From the NCBI GenBank assembly GCA_964016885.1, contig OZ024743.1:93682001-93746000 (forward strand): a stretch of DNA of 64,000 nt. The letters run 5' to 3'. This document shows positions 11,797 to 24,312 of the stretch, piece by piece. The DNA is from Eledone cirrhosa. Lineage: Eukaryota. How positions within the stretch are numbered: position 1 is the stretch's first letter; every line of letters begins with the position of its first letter. Made by a program: the position numbers and the translations under genes. The notes under the pieces were generated by a model. The model was not told the origin of the DNA, made no database searches, and saw only the letters and a program-made list of their open reading frames with translations.

Positions 11797-11984
11797 CTTA
11801 ACGAATACAGTGCTTGCGAAAACGATTGGCAAAGAAATAAAACCGTGGCTATTGACGTTTACATAAGACAATCATTTATCACTTACTCTCCCTCCCTCTC
11901 TAATCTACCTAAATCAACAAGATCTCGATTTCTTTTGGTATTGTAATTTGTATATATATATATGTGTGTGTGTGTATGTGATTA

Positions 11985-12030
<46 letters not shown>

Positions 12031-12499
12031 GTGTGTGCGTATGTATATATATATGTGTGTGTGTGTGTTCAACCCAAACAAGCGTGGAAAAGCAGCTGTA
12101 AAAACGATGATGATGATGAAGATATTTATATAAGCAATAAAGTAGTTCAAAGTAAACTAAGGTACAATTCAACTAGTGTGCATTATATAATTCGTCACAC
12201 CTACTTTATTAATTGTTAAGATTATATAATACTTATGTATTTTAAAACATGTGTATACACACGCAGGTCCCAAATAATATGGGGGCGGATTAACGGGATG
12301 ATTTGAAAACCGGTAATTTTTCTAGGTTGTCTCCATTGAGTCGTTTAATTGACATATTGAGACCCCAACCCATCCTATTTATAACCTATGGGATTTCTCG
12401 TAATGTACTTTTTTCTCATGTGTAATGTTTTTTTTAATGTCTAAAGAAAATTAATTGTCGCAGGAATGCTACCACTTAAAACAAAATGTTGCCGAAGAT

Positions 12500-12846
12500 A
12501 GGTTTAATAAGCCATATTCTACTATCCCAAGTATCGAGTACTCTGTTGAATAATGGTCTAACTAGTTTTAAACTGTTTCTATCCTGAAATTCTAGGTGCC
12601 GCTTACTTTTTGCAAACCCAACATTCTCAGAGGACTGGATTGATGCCCTGCCTGTGGCCAACATTGGTGGCCTTCTCAGTCAGGACGAGCTCCGCATCTC
12701 CATTACACTTCGAGTGGGAGCTGTGGTTGGTCCCTCGACTCCACAGGCCTTCCTGGTTTGTCCTGCCGCCTGAATGCTGGTCGTTTCACCCTCCACACTG
12801 AGCTAAACCTGATCATTAAACGGGCCCTAGCTCAGGTAAATATTCC
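12500..12846 (+). mobile_element. CRE-like non-LTR fragment (post-RT region)
   Basis: DWIDALPVANIGGLLSQDELRISITLRVGA and LNLIIKRALAQV are CRE-like motifs. Confidence 0.5.
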
Positions 12847-12856
12847 CTCAGTTCTG

Positions 12857-12975
12857 AAGGTACGTGGCTGAGTGGTAAGAGAATTGGATTCGCAATTGTG
12901 GGGTTGTGATTTCGATTCCCAGACCGGGTAATGTGTTATGTCCTTGAGCAAGACAATTTATTTCACGTTGCTCCT
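12857..12975 (+). mobile_element. tRNA-derived SINE (different family)
   Basis: GTGGCTGAGTGGTAAG A box, TTCGATTCC B box, and core GTGTTATGTCCTTGAGCAAGAC. Confidence 0.65.
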
Positions 12976-13121
12976 TCTGCCTGGATTGCGACCAACATAT
13001 TGTATTAGCAATTCGAAAGACCAATGGAAACATTGTTTCCTCGGTCCTATTTGACAAGCTCCATCCCACTCGCTAAGCGAATGAGGTCTAGGATCTTGTC
13101 GATCGACTGTCGATATATATG

Positions 13122-16003
13122 TATATTGAAAGAACTAAGGAAAAAGTACAAGGTAGCAAATAAGGACGAACTTGAAAAACTGAATACAGATGCATTGAGA
13201 ATAAAACACAACCCTTCATGCCTAGGAAACCTAAGATCAATATGAAGGATCACAAAACAAAAGAAACTTTGAAAATGATTTACCAGTCAGATTAATTGCA
13301 CCATCTAAATCTGACCTGGGCAAACTTAGCAAAAATATTCTAGACAGGGTAATACAACAAATTAAAAACTTACCTAATTTATCTTACTTAAAATTATGGA
13401 AAGGGACTAGTGAGGTTATCGATTGGTTTAAAGAAATTAAATATAACTATAATAATAAGTTTATCAGCTGGATATTGCTAACTACTACTCATCTATCACT
13501 CCTAATCTACTGAATAAGGCACTAAATTACGCATTTAAACATACTGGCCTAACTAGCAATGAAATGCACATTATATTATCGGCAAGGAAAACATTGATAG
13601 AATTTAATAACCAACTCTGGACTAGGGCAGATAGAAATAATAATTTCGACATAACTATGGGATCATCAGGCTCAGCTCAGGTAACGGACCTTGTGGGCCT
13701 ATTTATTATTAATTCGCTACATAGAAAAATACCAGGTGTAACTGGAGGCTTATATCGTGATGACATGCTTTTACTTATAGAAAATAATAGCTGTGAACTA
13801 AATAGGAAAAGAAAACAAATTATACAATTTTTTAATTACCATAATCTAAAAGTAGAAATAGAGAATAACCATAAAATAGTCAATTTTCTTGACGTAACAC
13901 TAAATCTCAACACATGTCTTCATTATCCATTTCACAAACTAAATGAGAACTTGAATTATGTTAATTTTAACTCTAATCACCCCAGATCTGTTAAAAATAC
14001 TATAGTGAACTCTGTTCAAGAAAGAATTTCAAGAATTGCATCTAATAAAAATATATTTAATGAAAAAGCGCAGTATTACAATGAAGCATTAGGTAGAGCT
14101 GGATATAGAAATGAAATTAAATACATTGATAATAATAATAATAAGCAAACTAACCAAAATAATAACAATTTTAATTATGGTAACAACTTTAGCAACTATA
14201 ATAGAAAACATTACAATAATTCCAAAAGCCGAAAAAGAAATAGAACTAGAAACATATTATGGTTTGCTCCCCCTTTCTCACTAAATATTAAAACCCCTAT
14301 TGCTAAACTATTCTTTAAATTTCTTGACAAACGCTTCCCTAGAACACAAATATTACTCAATTTTTAATAGACACACTATAAAATTAACTTACTCGTCCAC
14401 CAAAAATTTAGCACAAAATATTAATAGCATTAATAATAGAAATCTAAAACCTAACCAAAATACCAATAATAACCCAAGCAATGTTCAATTGAATAACTGT
14501 AACTGTAGAAATAAATCTAACTGTCCGTTAAATAACAACTGCTTAGCTAAAAATGTAGTGTACAATTGTAATGTTAAAACTAATTTAAATTCATTTAACT
14601 ATGTTGGTTCTACCTCGACTGAATTTAAATTTCGCTTCAATAATCATAAAAATTCTTTCACAGATCCAAACAAAAAATCTTCAACTTCGCTATCGAGCCT
14701 ACTATGGGACCTAAAACGAGATAATGTTAAATATTCGATGACTTGGAATATTATTTCAAAAGCTACTCCTTTTAATTCCTCTTCTGAAAATTGTGATCTT
14801 TGTATTGAAGAAATATTCTTTATATTAAAGTCCAAAAATTCCCTTAATTTAAGGAACAATTTATTCAGTTGCTGCAGACATAGATTGAACTCAACGTTTA
14901 AATATAAATATAAATTTAAAATGTAGTATAATTAATTAAGTAATTTAGTTAATATATAAAACCTGTCGATAAATCATTAGATTCCTTCACCTTTTTCTTT
15001 TTAAACTTTCTTCCTAAATATAAACATAGATATAATAAACTACTTTAAAACGTCTACACTTACAATATCTTAAATAAAATATACGTAGGATAAATTTCTA
15101 TACTAAATATAAGGATATCTCTAGAATCCTTGGTTTTTTAAATCTTTTATATTTTTGAATTTTGAAAATTTTTTTTAATTCTTTTTGAAATTTTTTGAAA
15201 TTTTTAGATCTTTAAATTTTTAAATTTTTAAATTATATTGATATAATATTTATTTAACTTTTATTTAATTTTATTTTTATTTATTTTTATTAGTTTTGCT
15301 TTGATTCTGATAGCTTCTCATAATTCTCATAAGTCTACCCTTTCAATATCGTGATTGAAATATATAAGTAGGATAATTTTCTATACTAAATATATGAAAC
15401 ATATTATTGTAACTTAAGATACTCTATAGTGTTTTAAAGATATTTAATGCTTTGACATTTCTAGAATTCGTTTGCCCTTTTGAATATACTGATATAGTTG
15501 TATTTCCAAAATATAATCCTTTAGTATTTTAAATTTATATTGGTATAATTATATTTCCAAAGTATAATCCTTAGTAATATATTGATATTTGATTATCTCT
15601 ATACAAAGGTATATATGTGTGTATTAACATGCATATAAAAGTGTTATAGGTTTTTTTATGATTGTATATATGTCTGTATGTATACATGAGCGATGCCTGA
15701 TAACGCACGCAGATATTTATTTATACATATATAGATGTATATGTAATTATGTGTGTGTATGTATATGTGTGGGTAAAAGTTATGTTGCATAACCACGCAG
15801 TTTGGATTGCAGAAATGTTAAATGCATGAATGGTAATCATATATACGAAGTCATGAATGTTAATCGTATATATGTATGTGTATATATACTGTGAACTTTT
15901 TATAACACAACGAATGTATAGCAATGATTAAGAGAAATCGTCTGCGCATTATATGTCTATATTGTTGACTTGAGTAAATATAATTTCTATTTTCAGGCCG
16001 TGC

Positions 16004-16039
<36 letters not shown>

Positions 16040-16720
16040 GTGTGTCTTTCTCTAGCAATGTGTACATTCTGGAGATTAAACCCAAATTTTGGTATATTGA
16101 TCTCAAGTTTTAAACTAAACATATAGTCATTATTAAACAATGTTTAACTTCTCATATTATATATCTATGTCCCATTCATGAAAATTAATATTTATATTTT
16201 TATTACTCATTTCATATGAATTGTTAACTCAACTTAACATGACACGACGTAAAGTTTTCATAATCTCCCTCTCTCTATATATAACATTTCTCTCTCTTGA
16301 GTTTTTCTATCTGTCTGTTGACCTAATATCTCTCTGTTGCTTTCCTCTGTTTTTCTTATGTCTTCCTTTTTTCTTCTTTCTTCCTTTCCTCCTGTCTTTA
16401 CTTATCTCTTTCTTTTTTCTCCATACATCTCTTTCTCTCTCTCCGATATTTCTCCACGTTTTTTCTTTCTCTCCGTCTTTTTCTAATTGTCCTTAACACT
16501 ATGACTTATTAAAATTATATAAACAATTCACTATCCGGATGACTTCCAAAAACAATGGTTGCATTTTAATAGGGTACGTCAAAGCTTATTTGTAAAACTG
16601 TTATATATTGTATTTTGTCTGATGAAGGCATACCATAATTTAATTTGGTATCCCTGAAATATGTATAATGAAATAAATATGGTTTTATAAATATAGTTTC
16701 CATTTATTAATATCGTATAT
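13122..16720 (+). mobile_element. Penelope-like retroelement, 5'-truncated, frameshifted
   Basis: RT motifs ITMGS and GLYRDD, a GIY-YIG domain (CNC..CPL..VVY..YVGST..RF.NH) at 14300-14926, and a ~1.8-kb 3' non-coding region shared with 40502-44655. Confidence 0.92.
16611..16675 (+). ncRNA. Minimal hammerhead ribozyme at the Penelope 3' end
   Basis: TATTTTGT-CTGATGA-AGGcATACCA..TGGTATcCCT-GAAA-TATGTA-TA-ATGAAATA. Stem I has 8 bp including 2 G-U pairs. Confidence 0.8.
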
Positions 16721-16788
16721 CTACTCCAAATACTTGTCGAGTGCTTTATATCAGTTATAAAAATATTTACTTGTTGTATCCCAACAAA

Positions 16789-17626
16789 TTGATGTATTGT
16801 TTTATTGATATTTTTTATCTGTTTGTCCCGAATCTTCTATTATCGATTTTTTTATCGTATGGTTGATTGTAGACTTGTTCTATGTGTGACGGTATTTTAA
16901 CGATAGTTATAGCTCTGATTCATCTGAATTATTGAGCCCTCTGCCGCTCATTTCGAATATTGTTTATCGTGAACTCGTGCGCCGATTTTTCGATACTCGA
17001 TCTTTCTAATATTTTTAGCTCTGGACATAGCTATCCACCAGTTAATTTTATTGCTCATTTTTTGTCGATTCTATTGAGTGATGAATAGCTTTTGTTTTAT
17101 TTTAACATGTCTATTGAGCACTCTTATTCGATATGTGTATTTCCACATTTCCTCGAATAGTTTTCGCGGATGTAGAGGTTGTCTCCCTTGTCGAATGCCA
17201 TGTGCGTATTTCACTGGTGGTTAGCCCCTTATCCGCTAGGAAAAAGCTCGTTGATGAAGTAAACTCCATTCCTCTTGCTCTAGTAGGCTTTTATATTTAT
17301 ATGTGAGCTGATAGAGTACAGTCTAAGGATTTACAGAAACCCAAGAAGCTAGATTTAACACCTTTCTAGTGGGTCCGGGTATGATTTTACATTCATTTAA
17401 ATTATTGATGTATTGTTTTATTGATATTTTTTATCTGTTTGTCCCGAATCTTCTATTATCGATTTTTTATCGTATGGTTGATTGTAGACTTGTTTTATGT
17501 GTGACGGTATTTTAACGATAGTCATAGCTCTGATTCATCTGAATTATTGAGCCCTCTGCCGCTCATTTCGAATATTGTTTATCGTGAACTCGTGCGCCGA
17601 TTTTTCGATACTCGATCTTTCTAATA
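16789..17626 (+). repeat. Direct repeat of ~223 bp (16789-17011 and 17404-17626)
   Basis: ATTGATGTATTGTTTTATTG...GATCTTTCTAATAT occurs twice, 615 bp apart, with about 2 mismatches. Confidence 0.9.
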
Positions 17627-17641
17627 TATATATATATATAT

Positions 17642-17952
17642 ATTTGTTTAGCAAGATTCTTTATCTGAAAACGTGTGTTGAAACCGATATTGTTATACTT
17701 TGGGAGGGTCATGTTGCCAATAAGAAACACACGCATCAGTTGCTTTCACTTCAATTTATTATAATAAATTTATAAATTTAGGAATTTATAAATTTCTGGT
17801 TGGTTGGTTGGTTGGTTCCACAACCAGATGATTGTTTATATATTGTCAAAGTTCTTTCGTCACACATTCTGTGACCTCTTCAGTGACTGGGGATTCATTT
17901 CTTTGTTTTTGTGCCTCTCCTTTGTTCTGTCCTACGCCATCTTGTTTTTGTG
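17642..17952 (+). mobile_element. Fragment of a second Penelope-like family (inverted copy of ~19390-19698)
   Basis: High identity to the reverse complement of 19390-19698. Carries a slightly mutated minus-strand hammerhead core at ~17845-17887. Confidence 0.6.
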
Positions 17953-18103
17953 TGTGTTTGAACACACACAAAAACAAGATGGTAACATGTAACCCAGTAC
18001 AATCTGTGCATGGTCAGATCGAAATGACTAAACCAGCAACCCCACGAAGCTTGCTTGATGAGAAGTGTGATTTGGGACACCCTGAGGGATGAAAAACAAA
18101 ACC

Positions 18104-18577
18104 TGTCAAATGGCGGAGGAACTCAAGAGAGTCAATGGCCATCCAATAAAGTTTTTTTTTATGGAGTGAGAGACTCCTAGTCTTCATAAGACATCCCTCT
18201 AGGAGAAAGTCAGTGATTAGCTGGTGATGGTGGTGGTAGTTTAGCTGGTAGTGGTTTTGGTGGTAGTTTAGCTGGTGGTGGTGGTGGTAGTTTAGTTGGT
18301 GGTGGTGGTGGTGGTAGTTTAGCTGGTGTTGGTGGTGTTGGTGGTAGTTTAGCTGGTGGTGGTTGTGTTGGTGGTAGTTTAGCTGGTGGTGGTGGTGATG
18401 GTGGTAGTTTAGCTGGTGGTGGTGGTGTTGGTGGTAGTTTAGCTGGTGGTGGTTTTGGTGGTGTCAAATGGCGGAGGAACTCAAGAGAGTCAATGGCCAT
18501 CCAATAAAGTTTTTTTTATTTATGGAGTGAGAGACTCCTAGTCTTCATAAGACATCTCTCTAGGAGAAAGTCAGTGA
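18104..18577. repeat. (GGT)n-AGTTTAGCT minisatellite bracketed by a ~113-bp direct duplication
   Basis: TGTCAAATGGCGGAGG...GGAGAAAGTCAGTGAT at 18104-18217 and 18462-18577, with about 9 GGT-rich units between. Confidence 0.9.
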
Positions 18578-18852
18578 TATAAAATCTGTGACTTCGTTTG
18601 CATCCAATGATGTAGACCAGTTCTTCTTTTGGGGCAAATGCATTCGGTGTTCAGAGAGTGGGATTGGCTCTGTGCAAAGCCTGTCCTCACTTACAAAAGC
18701 TTCAAGCACAGACATTGCTTGATAAGTGACATTTTTTGGTGATATATGGTATTGCTGACCATGGCAAGTCCCTAATAGGATTAAAAAGCCACGTCCGTGA
18801 TGCTCATGCTTAAGTATAAAGTGATGGCATTACTCGAAATTGAGTTGTAGCT

Positions 18853-18902
<50 letters not shown>

Positions 18903-18943
18903 TTCCAAATATTAACAAAATAGATATTCTTGTGATCAAATTA

Positions 18944-19010
18944 TATTTAATTATACATATTTCAGAGGTACTGAATTAAGTTCAACAGTACGTCCTCATC
19001 AGATAAAATA
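18944..19010 (-). ncRNA. Minimal hammerhead ribozyme motif
   Basis: TATTTTAT-CTGATGA-ggacGTACTG..CAGTACctct-GAAA-TATGTA-TA-ATTAAATA. Confidence 0.7.
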
Positions 19011-19457
19011 AAATGATACATGACATACCCTGACATGATAGATGGTTAAGATTTAATCAAGGTAGGAATTAACTTATGAGAAAACTCAATATTTATACCC
19101 TAATATTGAGAACATGAGAAAACTCAATATTTATACCCTAATATTGAGAACATGAGAAAACGTAATACAATCAATAGAGAGAGTGTGAGTAATATATTTT
19201 AAGAAATATATAGCATCAATATAACAGTTAGTAGTACAATAAAGCAATGCAGATATCGGATAAGAAGCACTCTACAGTTTGTAGGATTGGAATATACATA
19301 ATATATAAGATCAAAAGATGGTTAAATGAGTTCCATGTATTTTATTATGCGCATTTCAAAAACAAATATCATCATGCAATAACATAAATGTTACACAGAA
19401 ACAAAATGGCGTAGGACAGAACAAAGGAGAGGCACAGAAACAAAGAAAGGAATCCCC

Positions 19458-19502
19458 AGTCACTGAAGAGGTCACAGAGTGTGTGACGAAAGAACTATGA
19501 CT
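19458..19502 (+). ncRNA. Minimal hammerhead ribozyme motif (antisense to the 18944 motif)
   Basis: AGTCA-CTGAAGA-g-GTCACA gagtg TGTGAC-GAAA-GAAC-TA-TGACT. Stem I (5 bp) and stem II (6 bp) are perfect. Confidence 0.75.
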
Positions 19503-19704
19503 ATATATAAACAACTATCTGGTTGTGGAACCAACCAACCAACCAGAAATTTATAAATTTGTAAATTTATAAATATATAATAAATTGAAGTGAAAGCAAC
19601 TGGTGCGTGTGTTTCTTATTGGCAACATGACCCTCCCAAAGTATAACAATATCGGTTTCAACACACGATTTCAGATAAAGAATCTTGCTAAACAAATTCA
19701 GAAA

Positions 19705-19797
<93 letters not shown>

Positions 19798-20478
19798 CAG
19801 GGTGCGGACGATATTTGTTCGTAAGTTTACTGTCTAGGAAAAAATAACACAGTAGTTTTATTTTTTAAGATATATTTTTCAAACTTGGGTCAGTTTGTCT
19901 TCATGGCTTGTTCTTTCGATCTCACTCGATAAACCCGCCATTGGCTTTGATGACGGCCTCAAGGCGGCCTCGGAACCAGCTAGAGGTCTTTGTCACTGTC
20001 CCCCGACTTAGGCCCCTAAAGGCACTTGTGATCCTGGCCTTCAGATCGTCTTGTAGCTAGATCTGTTGGTGTCTCGTTCCACTGCGCCCCACACAAAGAA
20101 GTCGAGGGGGGTTGCAGTCAGGCGAGCTGGGAGGCCAGATGTCAGGTGAAGTGTGGTCGACGAAGTTCTCTGACAGCCAGGCTTGGGTCTTTCGGCTGGT
20201 ATGGCAGGGCGCTGAGTCTTGCTGCCACACGTACGGCTTACTTGCAGCTACCTGGTCGATCCAGGGCTTTACTACCTCGCTCAGAACGCAGATGTAGCCA
20301 TCGGTGTTCAGCTTGAGGCCCTCAGGGAAGAAGTGAGGTGGCATGACGTCACCTTCACTGCTGACGACACATAAGACTAATGTTGTCGCTAGAAACTTTG
20401 TCTGCATGACTCTGGGCACGTCTTTGGATGAGACAGCGAACCACCTGTTGTTCTGGGAGTTGACCTTCTGGTCACATT
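19798..20478 (-). mobile_element. maT (DD37D) Tc1/mariner transposon 3' remnant
   Basis: YVWQQDSAPCH...WPPSSPDCNP(LD) with 37 residues between the last two Asp after one frameshift. Terminus TA-CAGGGTG at 19796-19804. Confidence 0.85.
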
Positions 20479-20920
20479 TTTTTAACTATGAATTCCAATT
20501 AATTCTAGAAAATATTACTTCCAAATAACCTTTAATATAACTGACACCATATTTTTTGGACTACGATATTCTTTGAACTATATTTGTAACTGTGATTTGT
20601 CTTGATATTTTGATAAATGATATATATCTGTTTTTTCTTGAGTGATTTGTATTGGTATTTTGATTAACCTCTGATAACACCCATAGTCTATGCTCACTGA
20701 TGGCAAATTGTTAAATAAAATAATTTGCTATATGTGGTATATTATTGTGGGAAGAAACAATTGTCAATAATTAAATGCCTTGATCTTTTATTTTTGGGTT
20801 TGTAAGCAAATTGTAACTATATAATGTCTCTGCATGATCCTATAATTTCATTGAGCTGAAATACACCTAGTAAATGAGTAAAATTTACTCTCATTACTAT
20901 AACTATTATATATATGTGTG

Positions 20921-20961
<41 letters not shown>

Positions 20962-20963
<2 letters not shown>

Positions 20964-22065
20964 AAGGCGGGTAAAATTCCCGAGATCCATGGACGAGTTC
21001 TCTCTAGCGATCTCTGTCCCCCATTATCGCTGCCATGTCCTGCATCTCCAACAGACCAGTGTCTGTCCTGAGGGCATCAACATACGTTAACCTTGGTCTT
21101 CCTCTTCTAGTGTGTCCATGTAGGGGCTCCCAAAGGAGTACTTAGTGCAATGTCAACTCTGGATGTCGGTGAGAATGTCCAGCTAACCTCAGTCTCCTCT
21201 GTGTCACTTTTGAGCTGACTTTTGGGATGCTCCCATACAGCTCTGAGTTTTTCATCCTCAGTGTATACTGATTAATGTTCAGTGCCATCCTCAGCATTCT
21301 CGTGTAGCACCCATCCACCATCTGAGTGAGTTTCTTGGTCAGTGTCCAAGTCTCAGGCCCACACAGCAGCACAGACTCCTCTACAGCAATGAAGAGGCGG
21401 ATTTTCAGGTCTCTACGAAAGTCCGACTTCCACACCGATCTCAAGCTGTGGCACGCCGCCCAGGCCTTGCTCTTCCTCTCAACCACATCATACTCCGTAT
21501 TCCCAAATACAGGAAGTCCTCAACCAATTCCAGCGGCTTCCCGCCTACATTAGTGATTCCCTCTGGCTTCTCAACATTCTCTACCAGATATTTTGTTTTA
21601 GTCTCATTCATTCTCAGTCCCACACTCATCGACACAGTCTCAACCTCCCGCATCAAATCCTCTGCCTCCTTCACTGTATTTGTCACCAAAACTATGTCGT
21701 CGGCAAATTCAGCATCCGATACCTTTTTCGCCCTAACTCTCCTGCTCTGAGCAGGTGCTACAGTAAAGCCAGAGTCCTGGTGTTTCTCCAGTGCAAGGCG
21801 CATACAATAGTCCACTACGATGACAAAAAGGTAGGGAGCCAATGTATCTCCCTGGAGCACTCCAGCCAGTATCTCAAAGAACTCTGTCATCCCATCAGGT
21901 GTAATGACTTGGACCTTGGTGCTGGTGTAGAGCAGTGATATCAGGTCCACTATCTTCTTGGGGATTCCATAAGCCTGTAAGATCTTCATCAGGCAGTAAC
22001 GGTCCACAGAATCAAAGGCCTTCCTAAAGTCAATGAAAACCATGACCGCAGGAAGGCACTTTGCT
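20962..22065 (-). mobile_element. RTE-clade LINE, RT and 3' end
   Basis: FIDFRKAFDSV, GVLQGDTLAPYLF, FADD, ETWTL and RRLRLAGH motifs. Ends at a (TA)n tract. Confidence 0.9.
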
Positions 22066-22910
22066 GTCCTGGGTATGACATTAAACTACATCCAGTGGCA
22101 AGGCTCCAGTTCGGGAGTTCAGGAGATGTGGGGAATGTGGAGTTACCCCTTAGTTGTCATGACTCCCAGGTCTGCCCTGGCCCGGGGTGGTAGTACCTGT
22201 TAGGGCTCCATTTATGGGTTAAATAACTACCTTATTCGAGTGGCGCCGGTAAGGTATTGTCAGCCATTGAAAAGAAATATGGAGAGTCGATCTAACAGCA
22301 CTAGGGTTAGAGCCCCTAATTACACTGTCAAAGAGCAGCCTGGTCGTTATGACTCTGCTGGCTTAGAGCCACAGAGAGGGCCAGTGGATGATGGATCAGC
22401 TGTCTCTGAGACAAATATAAAGAATGCAGTTTTGTCCTGCAGAAGAGCCATCAAAATGGGCACTTTGAATGTGAGGACTATTCGGACGCTGGAGAAGAGA
22501 GAGGAGTTGGGACATCTGTTCGAGGAGAGTGGTATACAGATACTTGCGATCCAAGAACACAGGATTCTACACGATGAGCCCGTGAGGAGTGTGATGATCG
22601 GGAGGAAGAGCCAGCTCATCACTACATCGGCAGTGAAGAACACAACAAATGCTGCAGTAGGAGGAGTGGGTTTTGTGTTCAGTGCAAAAACCAATCTGTT
22701 GGTGAGGGAAATAATGCCTATCTCCCCGCGAGTGTTGAGGGTGACCTTCAATGGAAACCCAAGACTGACAGTCATCTCAGCCTATAGTCCAACCGAGGGG
22801 GACAGTGATGTGAATGCGGAAGAGTTCCATGAGGAGGTGTGTAGAGCTGTCAACACCACTCAGGCACACAATATCCTGCTTGTTTTGGGGGACTTCAATG
22901 CACATCTGAG
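22066..22910 (+). mobile_element. RTE-clade LINE 5' UTR plus AP endonuclease, inverted relative to the adjacent RT
   Basis: ORF 22240 has GTLNVRT, ILAIQEHR, GGVGF, ISAYSPT and LGDFNAH, then is truncated. Confidence 0.88.
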
Positions 22911-24312
22911 TAAGGAGCGCAGTGAGACAAGTAAACAACAGAAGGAAAAGCAAACCGAAGGTTAGAAAACAGCAAGCCACATGGTAGTTATCCGATCAGC
23001 ATAATCCGGGTGAATTTCATGAGCGGTCAGAGAAACAGACCGTACGCCGTGAGTGCGGTGTGAGAAAGAAGGAACCCCACTAGTAGCGAACGGGAGGAAG
23101 TGAGAAGGGGAGAAACAGAGAGTGACTGAGTGGAAGTGCGAGGAAGAGGTCAGTCGAGAGAAAAAGTGTAACTGACAGAGAGGGTGAAAGAAGGTAAGAG
23201 AAACAGAGAGAACGGGGGAGCAGTAAGAGAGAAAGAGAGAAACAGATAATCGCAGTTTAGGTAAATATATATGAAAAACATATGTAACTGTTGGTATGGC
23301 GGTTTCGGTGTAAAGAAAATACCAGGATTGTGTTGTTACAAAGTTTATTTTATTACAACAATATTCAATTTGAATATTGAATGATAAAATAATTAACACA
23401 AAATATTCATACAATAATTTGGTGGCTCTTCGAACCACGTAAATTCAAGTATCACGGAATACGATTATAATATGTGTAAACAGAAATGAATGGTGCGTGT
23501 ACAAATGCTGGACTCACTATGAATGCGTGTGTGCGGCATATCAGTATATTTACTTATTTGTATTACAGGAGTCAGCGATCAGCCAGGAAGGTGAGAATAA
23601 ATGGCAGACTGGTTTTTCGTGACGAGGGCTTGTAAATGAGACTCGTCTTGTCTGTATATCACTTCTTTTCTCTGGTGGCGTGAACCCCTGTATTTATAAG
23701 AGTTGAAGTTAGAAGGATAGATATATCCTCTGAACTTTGGTTAGTCTCCCAAGGGATTAGTTTGCCAAGCGTAAACAAGTCAGAAAGATGGATATATCCT
23801 CTGACCTATTTTCTGTCAGGCGTAAACACCTCTGACCTGTGTTTAGCCTCTCCCAAGGGGTTAGTCTCTTGAGCGTAAACAAGTTACCACGGCTTGTCCC
23901 AGAGGCGGGAAAGCTCAGATTCGGTTTCGAATCTTCGCCGCCGTTATAGTACCCCCTTCCAGTGAGAAAGCTAAGATTGAACGATCTAGGTGCATGTGAA
24001 ATGAAGATAGGCATGACTAGGTGTGTTGTTGAAGAAAATCAGTAAAAATAAAAAAACACATGAAAGTCATTTACAAACAGGAGACATGAAAGAAAACATG
24101 CAAAGCAAAAGAAATTTACATGCAGGAAAATGTACTGTGATGTTACATAAAATTGAAAATGTTCGTACGAAAAGTTTGTTGATTAAAAGTTCGTTCATTT
24201 CATAGAAACGGAAAAATGTTCTTTTGATGTGGGTGATGCACAGAGTTAATTGATTTGTGTGTAGCAATAGTTCATGACCACAGAAATTGGCCGATTCGTT
24301 GAAATGTACAAA

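Larger units (their letters stand above)
18900..19706 (-). mobile_element. Penelope-like 3'/pseudo-LTR fragment between (TA)n tracts, with hammerheads on both strands
   Basis: Terminal hammerhead shares CTGAAATATGTATA with the 16611 one. MLPIRNTRISCFH-like remnant weakly resembles the Penelope C-terminus SLNLRNNLFSCCRH. Confidence 0.6.

Noticed and set aside
18210-18500. Proline-rich extensin/formin-like ORF
   Set aside because: Product of the GGT minisatellite, with no splice signals or flanking domain.
20697-20745. CTGATG plus stem GCAAATT/AATTTGC as a hammerhead
   Set aside because: The core is incomplete and GAAA is missing. At most a decayed relic.
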